A stretch of 64,000 bases of DNA from Eledone cirrhosa (Eukaryota): NCBI GenBank assembly GCA_964016885.1, contig OZ024742.1, positions 215,202,001 through 215,266,000 of the forward strand. Direction: 5' to 3'. Below are positions 1 through 13,834 of the stretch, piece after piece; position 1 is the stretch's first letter, and every line of letters starts with the position of its first letter. Below the pieces are notes generated by a model. That model did not search any database and was not told the DNA's origin. It saw only the letters and a program-made list of their open reading frames with translations. A program made the position numbers and the translations under genes.

Positions 1-1464
1 AGTGATACATTGTTTAATACACTAGACGTGGCTGCATAGCAGGGATATACGAATGAAACATCAATAACGGATCTTATACAACATTTAAAAATGCATGATT
101 ATTTATGAGAACTTCTCATTAAAATATTGTTTGGGACTACTAAAAAATTAATGTAATTTTAGCAACAATCCCTAGCATTAAGCACTGTATTGCCGGTATG
201 GCGTATTGGTCTCAGCATATTAAACAATATAAATATTTCAATAAAATGCCACATCCTTAAACCTGGAGACAGCCCACGATATATCTGCTAAAAAGATTAT
301 TATTGATCAAAATGATCGTGTTAATACTATTCTTTACATATAAATAATACCAATAATATGACAATGCGCAGTACACTATAAATATGCAGATGGCACGTGT
401 ATCTTGAATATCAGTTATGCCTTTATACGCAACGAGAAATTATTTCCCGAGCGCCAGCTGTTGAGAATATGTTCTTCATTTACTTAGGCCAAATATAAAT
501 CGCTTTATAACCTTTTTTTCAAATGTATATTTTAGAATTTATGAAATATAAAATCTTAAAAATAAGTGTAGAAATATTATCAAATAAGTCAGAAAACGGA
601 AAAGAATGTTCTTCATATATCGTACACAAAAGAACCACACAGATTCTCATTAATAAACACACACATTTATCCCGATATCAAATTGTGTTTCGTATGAACA
701 CTACTTAGCAGCAAACATGTAAATCTTTCATATACCTCCCTATTATGTGTATTATGCATAATATGATTTAAAACATGCCTTTCTTCTTAATTTCACTATA
801 CGAAAGGAATCACTAATAACGCCTATGGTTATATTCCGGTGCTTCATTTTAGCATATGGTTAGGTATTTCAACTTGTTTTAAAGTGTTTATGCATGTTAT
901 TTAGATGTATCTGTGAATGTATGCAAATTCATGAGTGAAAATGAGAATGTTTGATTAATTGCAGCCCTGAAATGTAATTGTTCCTTATTTGTAGTAGCTA
1001 TATTTCAGTTACGCTGTGAATAATAGTTCATGATATGTGTGAAGCTAATTATGTGTGAATGTAAGTCAGAGCATGTGTTGCGTTTGCAGGGATAGCTTAA
1101 CTTCGAATAATGGAATTTCGCAAATAATTGTAACGAAATAAAATTCTATTTACTCGTAACGTCAAATCAGTTTAGCTTTGTGCAGAATCGAAAACTAAAA
1201 GCGAGTTATTATATATTCAAACTCAATAACAGATTACTACTCTAAAAATCACTTGTACCGACTAGTCTCCAGCCTAGAGGTAAATATCTAAGAAAATATT
1301 TAGATTACTAGAAGTCACCGTATCTAAACGCCGTGTCCAAAAGACTCTTCCAGGCCAGGAAAACCAAACCAACGTACATGCATTTCCCTGCATGTGTTTT
1401 CTTTTATGTCCGTATTCTTTAAGTATGTGTGTGTGTGTGTGTTTGACTATGTCAAATTATAGAC

Positions 1465-2182
1465 ATATATCCTTTGAATTTAATATATACTCCCGTAAGG
1501 TTGAGTAAAACTTTAGGCAGTATCTGGCTGCGCTTTCTAGCAACCAGCCTACTCGCTGACAGGCAACCAATCACAAATTTCTGCCTTGACCGCTATCCAC
1601 GTGATAGTTCTTAGCCATTTTTTAATTCATTTCTGGCGGGGATCACGGTAGAAATTTAGTCCAGACTCGGGGCGTCTCTTGAGGAGTTCCAAGCCTCGTG
1701 GATAAATCGAAGATCGGATATATACACAAAAAAAGGAACGAAACTACCGGTAGTCGAGACTAGAGGAATTTCGGTAAATTTATGTGCATTTTATCTTCAA
1801 AATTCTATTTTATACCTAACTCCGTGTAGTTGATTATTTATCTAGTCAATTTCTACGGGCTAAAAGAAATAACTAGGTAAATTTATTCTGGCTGTACCTC
1901 GCGGAAGATAGTCTGTATCATTTGTCTATTATTTCTTCATAGTTACATTTTAAACTTATAGCCTCGTTTAAATGATTATTTATGTGGCTGATTTATACGG
2001 ACTAGGGAGAGGAAATACTGTATATATTTTATCTAATAGTTCTTCAGACTTGCAATTTTATATATAGCTCTGATTAATGATTATTTGCTTAATTAATTCT
2101 TCATTGAGCCACACCGTGAAAGGTAGCCATACTCATATATGTATCTAATTATATACATATATCCCTTTGAATTTAATATATA
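1465..2182 (+). repeat. Unclassified dispersed repeat (~700 bp), homologous to 11971-12700; its start motif is repeated at its end
   Basis: CTGGCTGCGCTTTCTAGCA..CAGCCTAC..GCAACCAATCACA..TTCTTAGCCATTTTT and downstream sequence align with 12189-12690; CATATATCC(C)TTTGAATTTAATATATA occurs at ~1464 and ~2156. Confidence 0.6.
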
Positions 2183-2250
2183 TATTTATATATATATATA
2201 TATATATAAATATATATATATATATTCATATATATATATATATACGTGTA

Positions 2251-2333
<83 letters not shown>
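2175..2333. repeat. (TA)n/(TG)n compound microsatellite
   Basis: Directly visible; source of spurious YI/CV/HT ORFs. Confidence 0.95.
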
Positions 2334-2335
<2 letters not shown>

Positions 2336-3729
2336 ATATTATCTTTACACGTACATTTCACAAGCTGGTCGTTATCTCGAGCAAACAGCTGGCATATTCA
2401 TTGTCGAAATCAACAGACGTCCATCTATCCTTATCTGTTAATTTCTTCTTTACTGAGATTCCCTAATTCCGATATCAGAAAAAGCAAATTGGTAGGCAAC
2501 TCCAGCATCAGACAAAAATGCATCGTAAAACTTCATTATGGGGGACACGTGACTAAATATCAACGAGATCAAATTGGATTTTTATTCTCTATTCTGTTAC
2601 TCTCTGGCCGTCGACAATTAGGAAGTAACGTGTCCAGTAGTCTTCATGATTCTCGTGTACGTTTTTCATACACACTATATCTCTCTCTCTTTCTATATTT
2701 TACATTATCGTTCTCGCTCATTCTATCTCCCTCGTTCTTCCCCACCTCCCTCTCTCTCTCTCCCCCCCTCTCTCTCCCACATTTTATATTTGGATGGATA
2801 ATGTAAACTTCACTATTCAGTTGTGATGCCAGAGATAATTGTACAAGGGGGAGTGGGGATAATCATAAGTACCCCGGTGCATGAATGTGTTATGAGCTAG
2901 CTCCCATCGAGACAGAGGATGTCACTTGAAGCATTGGTTGAAAGAAATGTGTCTTTGGATGGCACAGGTTTATGTCCGAAGCAGAACATCTGTATACAGA
3001 ATCTCCCTGTAACGTTAGAGTAGTTCAGATTGAATTATAATATCTTATTGAAGATTTCAAGGTGGCCGTTACTACCTGGCTTTGAAAAGAATTGACTGTA
3101 AGGAATGACGACCCCGTTCTCAATACGAATGTAGAGGCCTTGTTATATTTCTGTTCTCTCTATTATAAACACCTTCCAGTACAAACACATTCATATATAT
3201 ATATATATACATAGTATAAAGGATATCGGTAACAGAGATAAATAATTGATTTTGTCATTGCCCATGATCTCTTCAATTCTGTACTGGATATTCATGTTAA
3301 TAGAGGGGATAAGATGTGGATTGACCACCATCATGTTATCTGCAGTCTGAGACTACATAAATCCAGGAATGCTGATAATATTAATTCCACATTCAGAGAA
3401 CTCCCTTAACGAACTGATGACTTTGAAACGGCGCGCAAATTATTTCTCCTATAGCTATTAAATTCTGCGGATCAAAGGGGTTTTGTGTGGTGCCGAGTGG
3501 TGTGAGAACTCACTACTAAAGTAGAATGCTTGTATAGTTTGGTTTGGAAATAAGATTTCCAGCATGTATTACAGGTACAGGTAGGCACGAAACGTTGCTG
3601 CAGAGACAATAAAGACGAATTTATAATGAGAAGGCACCCTCCCCACCTGTTGTCAGGAATGTGTCTAAGGTACATTTTCTAAATCCGGGCACAACAACTT
3701 CTGTCTTACATTATATGTATCTGGGATCG

Positions 3730-5400
3730 ACGACTAAACTACCGGTGGCTGAGTTCACTAGAGCAATTAAAGAGCTCAAGGCAAGGCCTCTGTGGAGGAT
3801 GAAATTCTACCCGAAATTTTAAAAGCTTTAAATAAGGAAGGAATTTCTGGCAGCCTCGTGTGTGCCGGATCACTGGAAAGACCCCTAAGCCATAGCAATC
3901 AGGAATGATAATCCTAAATTTTAAAGATAGTGACTAGAGAGATATTCCAACTATAGAGAGATCTCCCTATAACGCTTCCCCAGTAAAGTCGATGCTAAGT
4001 GATTGTAAAAGAGATGAAAGGATTATTAGACGCAGCGTACCGAACAAATATGCACATTAAGTAAAATCCTCAGGAAATTGTGCGAGTCTTTCTTCGTAGT
4101 TCTCGTTTTCACGAAATCTGTTGTGAGCAATACTGTAGTTGTATGTAATTGATGAACCTGTTTTTGATACTGTGTAGTCTCTATATGAATGTCTAGAATT
4201 TCTGTTCTGATAAATGATTCTAAGCGGAAACCATTCAAGATGAGTATCCAACTATAAAAGTGGTGCATACTCTCACTTCTCCAATTCAAAATCTTCATGA
4301 ACAGGTTTAGGAGTTGTATTAAGTCTGGCGGGTATGAGATCAGTCGGCTGGAATTTGCAGACAAAAGGGAACTAGATAACTGGTCGGAAGGTGATCTCTG
4401 ATATGCATTTTATATCTTTCCGTGCAGAGTGCTGTCTGGCAGGAATGGCAATTAGTGCGGCGAAGACTAAGGCAACTGTCCTCTCAAGGAAGCCTGCGCA
4501 GTGCAATTTATATTTGAGTAGAGTCCTAATAAAGGAGGTGGAGAAGTTCAAGCATCTTGGGGCCGTAACCAAGCTGAATTAAGTGCAACAATAGCAGGGT
4601 TTGGTTCAGTAATGCGCCAGTTTTACTATTCTGTCATCAACAGAAGGGAAGTATGTGTAAAAGACAAACTCGCTATCTTCAATTTGGTATTCATACCAAC
4701 CTTTACCACATGAATCTTATGTAATAAACGAAAGTAAAAGATCGCGAATAGCTTGGTGGTTAGAGCGTCGGATTCACAAGCGTGAAGTTGTCAGTCCGAT
4801 GCCTGAACCGGGAAATGTGTTCTCGAGCAAGACACTTTATTTCACGTTCGTCTAGTTCACTCAGCTGTAAAAATAAGTTGCCTCCTCACTGGTGTCAAGC
4901 TTTATCAGCCTAGGCTTTCACCTGGACAACATTGGTAGCGTGGAGTGAGAAAACTGGTATGTTTAGTCAACTGTCAGTCTTCCAAAACAACAACCTGCCC
5001 GGATCCGGGAAGTTTTGTAGGTGAAAATTCCATGGTCATTCGTGACCGAAGGGTTTTTTTACCCTTTACGAACGTGAATACAAACGGTCGATATTGGTTT
5101 TCTCCGAAGCGTATTTGGAGTTGCTCCAGGTAGATTGGCTGCTTCCCCGAATTGACAGATCACAATTCTGATACTACGCACATGGGTCAGAATGTCACAG
5201 GAAATATCGCTGAACAGAATTTACGGACAAAACTAACTGGTCTGTGATGCTAATGTAAACATCGAGCAAGAATGTTTGATAACAACCATGAGCTTCCTTG
5301 GTCTCGCATGGGGATGCAGCCTGATCAATTAAATCAGTTGCTTCTGAAAAGACCCGATGGAAGGCGTGTTTTAAGACTCAGCCGCGATGCCCCCTCCTCC
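3730..5400 (+). mobile_element. Decayed RTE-clade LINE fragment (RT region), interrupted by a SINE
   Basis: Broken translations GKA..EDEILPEILKAL, SNYREISL and KEVEKFKHLGA (cf. EVEKFKYLG) are typical of RTE-type RT; many stops and frameshifts. Confidence 0.6.
4750..5065 (+). mobile_element. tRNA-derived SINE, family 2
   Basis: tRNA-like head TGGTGGTTAGAGCGTCGG followed by GAGCAAGACACTTTATTTCACGTT..CACTCAGCTGTAAA; same core at ~10188-10220 on the minus strand. Confidence 0.7.
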
Positions 5401-7142
5401 CCCTTATGGGCGAAGAAGTTTTCGTTTTACTGATTTCGCTGTTAGTAAACCACCTACAAGGGTTTAGTCGATTATATTGACCCCAAAATACGGTTCAGTC
5501 TATAATGTCTTATATCGATCTCTTTCTGTCTGGCAACAAATATATTACGCGTGTTTCTTTCGATTTGTCTACAACAAATCCTCTTAGAGTGAACACAGAC
5601 CATTCTAGAAAAGCTTTAGAACGGGCGTTCTATTTCACTCAATTATATAAGTGGGAGAGATATATATATACTCATTGGGTAACGTTGATGTATGAGTGTC
5701 TCTCTCTCTCTATATATATATATGTATGTATGCGCGCGTGTGTGTCTGTCTGTGTGTGCGCGTACGTGTGTGTTTGTATGTGTATGTGTGTGCGTATGTC
5801 TGTTTTTGCGTGTGTTTATGTTTGTATATAAACATACATATACTCAAACACACACGTACACACATATATCTAAATATATGTATGTATGCCTGTCTGTAAG
5901 TGTCAGTGTATATGAATGAGAGTAAATGTGTGCGTATACCTAGATTTACAAATATTTTAAAACATCATCAGTAACTTGTCCAATGCACCTGTTACTTGAG
6001 TGGAAATTATAACTGTTGAACACACCAAATAAGGAATTATAAATATGAATGCATGTTTTAAGGTGGCTACCATGCTTGCATATGAATTTTAGTATAGGTA
6101 ATGAATTAAATGCTTCGCAGATGCTATCGATATGGAATCTAAATTGTTATTATATTCTAAACATATTCAATGAGAAATGAAAATATATTTCGTTTCTCTC
6201 TACTGCTTATTTAATTTCGCTTATATTCTTAATGCGTTACGTACGGTAGGTCCAACAACCGTATTTTCGTTTATTGTGAATGTTATGCTAAATTGTTTAT
6301 TATCTAAAAAAATCTATTTCTGTACACGAATAAATGCACTATCATATATACATTCATTGTGCCAGGGAGGAAGGAAACTTGATGAATCAATTCATTGTTT
6401 TGGCAATTATTACTCACGAACTTTCAAGATAATATTTACATTAACCATAACAATACTCAAGTATTACTCTCGAAGATTTTCACTCTTCTAATGATTATCA
6501 TAGTAGATATTGGTATATTGTTTAACACTAAGTCAACTCAGAACTTAGATATGTAATCAACACATTATCTCACATTCCATTATTCTAGAGATATATGGGG
6601 TTCTGTTTGATGATAGTATGTAATTTGAGAAAGATTCACTTGCTATATTCTTAAACAAGAATTACCCTCGTTGGTTCCTGTGTTAATTTTCAAATCGAAA
6701 AAAGTGGTTGTTTTCTTCTGTTTATAAACTTAATTCACATAGCTAAAATTTGAAAATATAGCGTAATCCTTCTTGAAATGTTATTGAAGTCTCATAAGAA
6801 ATTTTGTTTAAGCATGTCTCTGTGAATCATTATATTTCAAAACGCCTTGCAGACATTAATACAAAACTGTTCAACACGAGGAAGTATGTGTTGTAAAATG
6901 CTTTGTAATAAATAACTAAGCCCAGACTTTTCCTTGAAGCGTTCTTTATTAACGATGTCGTGTGCTAAAACTAGAAGATTTCCTAATTTCACTCTGTTTC
7001 TTTCTCTCAATATATATGTGTTACTCAACACATACAGCTGTTGAGCACTTTGAGACTAAGCAGCTGAAGATAATATGGAATCAATCACCATCTCCGAGTC
7101 CCTGAAGAACATACACTAATCAGCATCTTTGTTTATGTTATT

Positions 7143-7211
<69 letters not shown>

Positions 7212-7214
<3 letters not shown>

Positions 7215-7915
7215 CAATCGGCCGTTCGCCTTTCTCCGAAGACTTGCGGTCAAGAGCCCATGGAATATCTCGAAGAATCTTCTCCCTGGCAATATTACCG
7301 GGGTTATTGCCGGTTTGGAGTAAACTCTAAAGAGACAGAAGTGCTCTTAGCCGGGCCTGTCCAAGCTGCGAACACACTGAGGGAACTGTTCTGCATGCAT
7401 TCAAGCATTAATGACCTGTGGACCTATGCCAAACAAGTACTATCACGTGTAACACCGGATCATTGTATCATGCGTTAATTGTGAATAATGCCAACCTGCA
7501 TATGTTTTTATCTGTATGGTTGCTATGGTGAAAATACTTGTGTGGGTTCAAGATTGAAAGGGGTTAACCTCTAGGACTAAACTTCATCAACATCTAATAT
7601 CACCTGAAATAGTAATTGAATGCAGAAAGAAAAGTGCCGCATTTGTTGAAAAGTGAAAGATATTGGTGATTATGAGCAAAACTGAAATGTAGCTGCATAT
7701 ACAGATTGAAGGACAATTAGGTAACTGTGGTTTTTATCTTTCCATGACTATCCCCTGGAATATTCTACTCTGGAATTTTCTTTAGTATTGTTAACCAGTT
7801 TTTTTTTTGTTTTTTTTTTCGTTATATATATTTCGATATATAACTTTTACATATTTACAAGTAAATCCACATTGTTTTGTCCTGTACTGCCGTCAATTTT
7901 TATGTTAATCTTAGT
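7212..7915 (+). mobile_element. Old Tx1/L1-clade LINE 3' fragment
   Basis: Decayed match to the ORF2 C-terminus (PMDNFQKSLAWQCYRG-like segment, CCHC region) and 3' UTR of the 24.5-30.4 kb element; preceded by (TA)n. Confidence 0.6.
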
Positions 7916-7920
7916 GATTT

Positions 7921-8118
7921 TGCAGTATCGGTAGAGGGTCGGACGCCATGCTTTCCAGCATAGTTACGTCCCTTTACGATCTAAGTTCAAATCCCGCCGA
8001 GGTTGACTTTGCCTTTCATCCTTACGGGGTCGATAAAATAAAGTACATGTAATGCACTGGGTATTTGCTGGCCTTGTGCCTAACGTAGAAACAATTATCA
8101 TTATTATTATTATTATTT
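7921..8118 (+). mobile_element. tRNA-derived SINE, family 1 (Nin/Deu-domain-like core), (ATT)n tail
   Basis: Partial A box GCAGTATCGG, B box GTTCAAATCC, core GCCTTTCATCCTTACGGGGTCGATAAAATAAAGTAC; at least 6 similar copies in the window. Confidence 0.85.
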
Positions 8119-8279
8119 GAAACCTCTTTTGCTTTCTGCTTCTTTCCCAAATCATGCCGAGTATGAATCTGGCACACGAGGCAACATTTAGTATTGCACA
8201 CGATTTACAATCAATTGTCATACAAACGATGCCACAAGGGCACAAACAACAGTAAATGTCTTTCCCATATTTGTAAATT

Positions 8280-8890
8280 GATAATCCCCTTCTCGTGAAG
8301 GGTGGATCCAGCTATCGACCGTCTCCATATTGAAGATTGCTCTTCCACCTTCTTTTGGCCGTGAAGGGCAGGTATCTTTCCTCTGTTCAGTCGTGGTAGC
8401 GAAAGAGGGAGTGTGGTAGACCCGATTGAAAGGACTGAAGATAGACACTTTTCATTCAGGCCAATTCCTTATCAACTTTTTCAAGTTTCACTTGGAAAGA
8501 AAGATAAGGGAGGAGAGAGAAGTGCTGCAGCCCAGTAAATGTACTAAAAGGTGGGTGTATGTGGCGAGAATGGCCCATATGAATGGGCCAACTTTGTGCA
8601 TTCGCCTGTAGGCTTGTTAGTATGACGAGGGTAGGGTTCCCTTCACGGGTGCCTTCGAAGCATCGGGTGGTTTAGGATTGCAGGGCACCTGAGTCTCCCG
8701 TGGGTGCTTATCGCCAATTTGGGGAATTTTATTGCTGTCATTTTTATTGATAATTGTTTTTGTTAATCGATGATTTTTTTAAACCTCCACTGTCCTCGTC
8801 TATCTTATTGTACCCTATATGTAGGCTCTTGTGGCCAATAAAGAAATTATTATTAGTATTATTAGTATTATTATTGTTATTATTATTATT
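8280..8890 (+). mobile_element. Tx1/L1-clade LINE 3' fragment (subfamily C-like) with (ATT)n tail
   Basis: ORF 8426-8611 LINFFKFHLERKIREEREVL..RMAHMNGPTL matches the ORF2 C-terminus; ends GGCTCTTGTGGCCAATAAAGAA(ATT)n. Confidence 0.85.
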
Positions 8891-9127
8891 ACTACTAGTT
8901 GTAAAATGGTTTTCCTTAAGACGTACAGAAGAACACACACACACACACACGCACACATACACGCATGTTGACAGACTTATCCTTAAAATTCCCTCATGTT
9001 CAATCAAAGCTCTTGGTGTGGGGACAACACTGTGTCTTTCACACACACATTCTATCTCACTATAATTCTCTCTCAATAACCACAACAACAAAATATTTCT
9101 TTCTTGATAGTCTATCTATTTTTCACA

Positions 9128-9472
<345 letters not shown>

Positions 9473-10169
9473 CACACAATTACAACATCCCCAACAGCCT
9501 CCCAAACAAAATCCGTATTTATTTCGCTTCTTCGCACGTTACGATTTAATTAGACAGAGAGAGAGGGTGGCGTCGAATGAGTGAGATGTGTAGTATTATG
9601 TTCGCACCCTATATATACAGAGCGTGACAGATGGACAGACCGACACAACACTTGTTATAGTATAGATTATTATCGTCATTATCACTACGACCATCGTCAT
9701 TACTGTCAACATCCCCACTATAATCTTCATCCCACTCCATTTTCCTCTTCCTAATCATCATCGTTATGTTATCGATAAACAAACTTGTTAGACACAGGTT
9801 TATCGTACATTTATTGCACACAATGCTCGTAATGATTTCTAAGGTGTTAATGTTATATCGATGCTAGTTGTGAATAAGTATTGTTGTAAGCAAACTGTCA
9901 TGATTGCACAGATGTATTATCTTCTATTCCCCAAAAGCTTTATAGAATATAACATAAATTACGTTACTATAAAAGCGATAAAAGTGATTATCGCAAGCTG
10001 AACCTTTGTTGAATCTTCTTTTTTTTTTCATCAGAAAGGTCGGCAAACTATAATTCTCATATATATATATATATATAAAAAAAAAAAAGGATCGATCGAC
10101 TTTCGTCAAATCGGACCGAGGAAACAATGTTTTCGTCAGTCTTTCCAGTTGCTAATACTATCTATCGGT

Positions 10170-10303
10170 CGCAACTCCAGGTAGAAGGAGCAACGTGAAA
10201 TAAAGTGTCTTGCTCAAGGACATAACGCATCACCCGGTCCAGGAATCGAACTCACAATCTTAAGATTGTGAATCAAATTCTCTAACCACTCAGCCACACG
10301 CCT
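10170..10303 (-). mobile_element. tRNA-derived SINE, family 2 (5' part)
   Basis: Minus strand has A box TGGCTGAGTGG, B box GTTCGATTCC, then TCCTTGAGCAAGACACTTTATTTCACGTTGCTCC. Confidence 0.8.
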
Positions 10304-10669
10304 TCACTAATATATATATATATATTACTTTTAATTAATTTCATTTTATCCTTTGATAATTTTACTTGCATTCAAGATGTGTTATTTTAACACAATACCT
10401 GCACACACACACACACAAACACACACAGACAGAAACAAACTTACACCTATACTCGCGTATACAAAAGCGCGTGCGCACACAGTCGAGCTCGCTTACACAC
10501 ACATACATACATATATACACATGTATGTTTTGAGTGCATATGTATAAGAACATTATCTGCCTGTCACTCTATCTCGTATCTCCTATATCTATGTACATGA
10601 GCATACATCTGTATATATTATTCTATACATTGTGTGTGAACGGGGCGAGTGAGCTAGTCAGAGACATAG

Positions 10670-10708
<39 letters not shown>

Positions 10709-11970
10709 TAGAGAAAGAGCGGGGAAGTTGTGAAAGAAAGTTTAGTTCTGATATCTCAGTATAATTGAAAGTTGTTTTATTTTAATTCAAATACCAATGA
10801 GGTGAAAGGGTAGTATAGCAATAAACGTTGGAAATCTGTACTCTACTATTGGGTACAGTGTGTAATCAGAAACATTTGCCGCACGGTTTGCACATAATAA
10901 GACATTACTATTTTCATAATAAAACTCATCTAATAAATATAGCTTATTGTGATTAAGTAGCCCTTGGGAATTTGACAATATTAATAGAAAAATGAAAATA
11001 GCTAAAATCGCATTCGATTTTTGTTTTGGCAGTTTACTGTGTGAATGTATCAAGTGACAGACTCTGCCATCTCTTATGTTTTAGCTTAGGGCTAGAGGTA
11101 AAATGTATTCATTTGGCAGCCAATGGGGAATAATTTTGTCTATATTTTTGGCTTCTTATACACTTTTTTTTTAAATAAACCATAAAAAGAAGCTGTTAAT
11201 ATCTGTCAGCAAATATCATAAGAGAAGTTGAACAAATGCTTGAATAAACAAAGATTATTCACTGAGTAGCCGTATTTGCTTTATTCCTAAAATCAAATGT
11301 CTAACATTGAGTGTAATTATAGATAAATACCGGGAAATTCGGCAGATAAATAAATGAATTGACTTTTCGATCAATACATCGGCTGGCACTCTACAACAGG
11401 CAGACAGGAAGATATTTTCTCCATTTTTTACAAAATAAAGAAGAAAGAAAAATGTTATAGTTTAAGGTCTTTAATTAAAATATAACAATTTAACTGCCAT
11501 CATTATTCACTTGGATTCTGACTATGTAATTACCATTCAAACTGCCCTCACAAACTAGACCAGCCTTTTCATTTCATTTCTTTGGTCTACTTTTCGAAAT
11601 GCAGAAAACTAACATTAATCGATCATTTAAAATTGAACATTTTGTATAACTTGAAGATGGAACAAACATTATGGGTATTGCAGTCAATATGAGATTTCTT
11701 TTATAATTATTTGATTAAGTGCTCATTCGGTAAGACGTCTATCGTATGGTGTATTGTGATGTGCACACAAGCTGGGGACAGGCACAACAGATTCATACCC
11801 ATGACTCAAAAGTTTAGCCAGAGCTACATTGGTTGAATACATTTAGACGAACATTCATATTGGGCAAATACAATATCAGAGATGTAAATAATTAAGTGAG
11901 TATGTTAAATCTTAAAATACGCATCAATACATGAAAGGTTTTGCAGCTATGTAGATATATCGAAATGAAT

Positions 11971-12700
11971 AGAATCGCTATGTGGCTGTGGTCAAGCCAG
12001 AAAGAATGTGATTGGTTGCTTACGGCGGGTAGGCTTGCTGCTACAAAGCGCAGCGAAATATCGCCAAATTTAATCTCAAACTAGCGGGAGATTATTAAAT
12101 ATAAAGGTTAACATATACATAAAGTTATAGATATATATATGTTGCAACTGGTCACTTTTAAGCTCTATGATATTAAATTTGGCGATATTTGGCTGCGCTT
12201 TCTAGCAGCAAGCCTACCCGCCGTAAGCAACCAATCACATTCTTTCTGGCTTGACCACAGCCACATAGCGATTCTTAGCCATTTTTGAATCTATTTTTGG
12301 CGGGATCGGATTGAAAAACTAGATGTCTGATTTTGAGTTTGTCTCGTGATGAATCCTAACTCAGGACATTCCTATTATTTGGATGTCTAAAAATACGGAT
12401 GAAACCATGGTAGAGATATAATTACGGTATGTACGCATTTCTTCTAAGTTTAATTTTACACCTAATTGTGTATGGTTGATGATATATTTAGTCAGTTTCT
12501 ACATGCTTTCGAAATGTTGGATAAATACTCGATTGGGGCCACCGCGAAGAGGCTACGTTCGGTTATTTGTCGGAGATTTCTCTATAAGAGCCTTTCTTCT
12601 TATAGCTTGGTCTAATTGATTTTTTATATGGTTAATTATGCTAATTAGAAGAAGAAATAGTATATATTTTATCTGATGATTCTAAAGACATGATTTATGA
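11971..12700. repeat. Second copy of the 1465-2182 family with an inverted 5' duplication (104-bp arms)
   Basis: 11971-12074 is the reverse complement of 12172-12275 with 2 mismatches; ends in (TA)n. Confidence 0.75.
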
Positions 12701-12704
12701 TATA

Positions 12705-12817
<113 letters not shown>

Positions 12818-12861
12818 GTATGTATATAATATATATATTACGTCTTCAAATTTATTATTGA

Positions 12862-13047
12862 ATTGGCAGTATCAGTAGAGGGTCGTACGCCATGCTTTGA
12901 CGCATAGAGTTACGGCCCTTGCCATTCTGAGTTCAAATCCCGCCGAGGTTAACTTTGCCTTTCATCCTTACGGGGTCGATAAAATAAAGTACCAGTAATG
13001 TACTTGGATAGTTGCTGCCCTTGTGCCAATAGTAGAAACAATTATTA
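12862..13047 (+). mobile_element. tRNA-derived SINE, family 1
   Basis: Near-identical to 7921-8100; A/B boxes and Nin-like core. Confidence 0.85.
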
Positions 13048-13154
13048 TATATATATATATATATATAATGAAGGAAGGGTGGCAAGGAACCAGGTGGACG
13101 ATAACGCACCAGAGTAATCAATACTTAGGGTAGTAGAGTGGGTAATAAGAAAAT

Positions 13155-13269
13155 CTTCAAGACCCCGACGGCAGAGCTCAAGCCGTTTCGACGGCTATTT
13201 CTGGACTCCAGAATAACTGTCCAGAAATAGCCGTCGACACGGCCTTAGCTCCGCCGTCGGGCTCTTGAA
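13155..13269. repeat. Imperfect ~50-bp-arm inverted repeat
   Basis: TTCAAGA..CCGACGGC..GCCGTTTCGACGGCTATTTCTGGAC / GTCCAGAAATAGCCGTCGACACGGC..GCCGTCGGG..TCTTGAA. Confidence 0.8.
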
Positions 13270-13436
13270 CATTATATATTTATATATATATATATATATA
13301 TATACATGGAAAGTTATATTTAAATTGTTGGGTTACAACTAGTAAATATTTATAACTGATATAAAAGCACTCAACAAGTATTTGGAGTATATTTACGATA
13401 TTAAATAAATGGAAACTATATTTATAAAACCATATT

Positions 13437-13502
13437 TATTTCATTATATATATTTCAGGGATATCATATTAACAATATGCTATGCCTTCCTCAGACAAAA
13501 TA
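13437..13502 (-). ncRNA. Type I hammerhead ribozyme (mirror copy)
   Basis: Reverse complement of 13675-13740. Confidence 0.75.
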
Positions 13503-13674
13503 CAATATAGACAGTTTTATAGATAAATAGATTTGACATACCGTTCAACATCGACTTGTATTTGAAAAGTTGATTTGGCAAATCAAAAAGTTGATCTGCC
13601 AAATCAACTTTTCAAATACAAGTCGATGTTGAACGGTATGTCAAATCTATTTATCTATAAAACTGTCTATATTG

Positions 13675-13740
13675 TATTTTGTCTGAGGAAGGCATAGCAT
13701 ATTGTTAATATGATATCCCTGAAATATATATAATGAAATA
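13675..13740 (+). ncRNA. Type I hammerhead ribozyme
   Basis: TATTTTGT-CTGAGGA-AGG..CATATT/AATATG..CCT-GAAA-TATATA-TA-ATGAAATA: complete core, stems I and II, palindromic stem III. Confidence 0.75.
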
Positions 13741-13780
13741 AATATGGTTTTATAAATATAGTTTCCATTTATTTAATATC

Positions 13781-13829
<49 letters not shown>

Positions 13830-13834
<5 letters not shown>

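Larger units (their letters stand above)
13310..13783. mobile_element. Penelope-like pLTR fold-back (187-bp inverted arms) carrying hammerhead ribozymes
   Basis: 13394-13580 is the reverse complement of 13597-13783; flanked by (TA)n; same family at 61087-61530. Confidence 0.7.

Noticed and set aside
2139-2806. ORFs rich in YI/CV/HT/LS/ER repeats (also at 5.5-5.9, 9.1-9.5, 52.7-53.2 and 60.2-62 kb)
   Set aside because: Translations of dinucleotide microsatellites, not genes
3414-3436. CTGATGA-CTTT-GAAA, hammerhead-like
   Set aside because: No stem II, and no convincing UH or stem I pairing
10085-10146. Minus-strand CTGACGA...GAAA-GTCGATCGA-TC near (TA)n
   Set aside because: Stems I and II do not close properly; at best a decayed hammerhead
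10225-10303. tRNA-like sequence with A and B boxes
   Set aside because: It is a SINE head continuing into a SINE core; no proper cloverleaf acceptor end
12673-12700. CTGATGA at the end of the unclassified repeat
   Set aside because: No downstream GAAA, and the motif is absent in the homolog at ~2033
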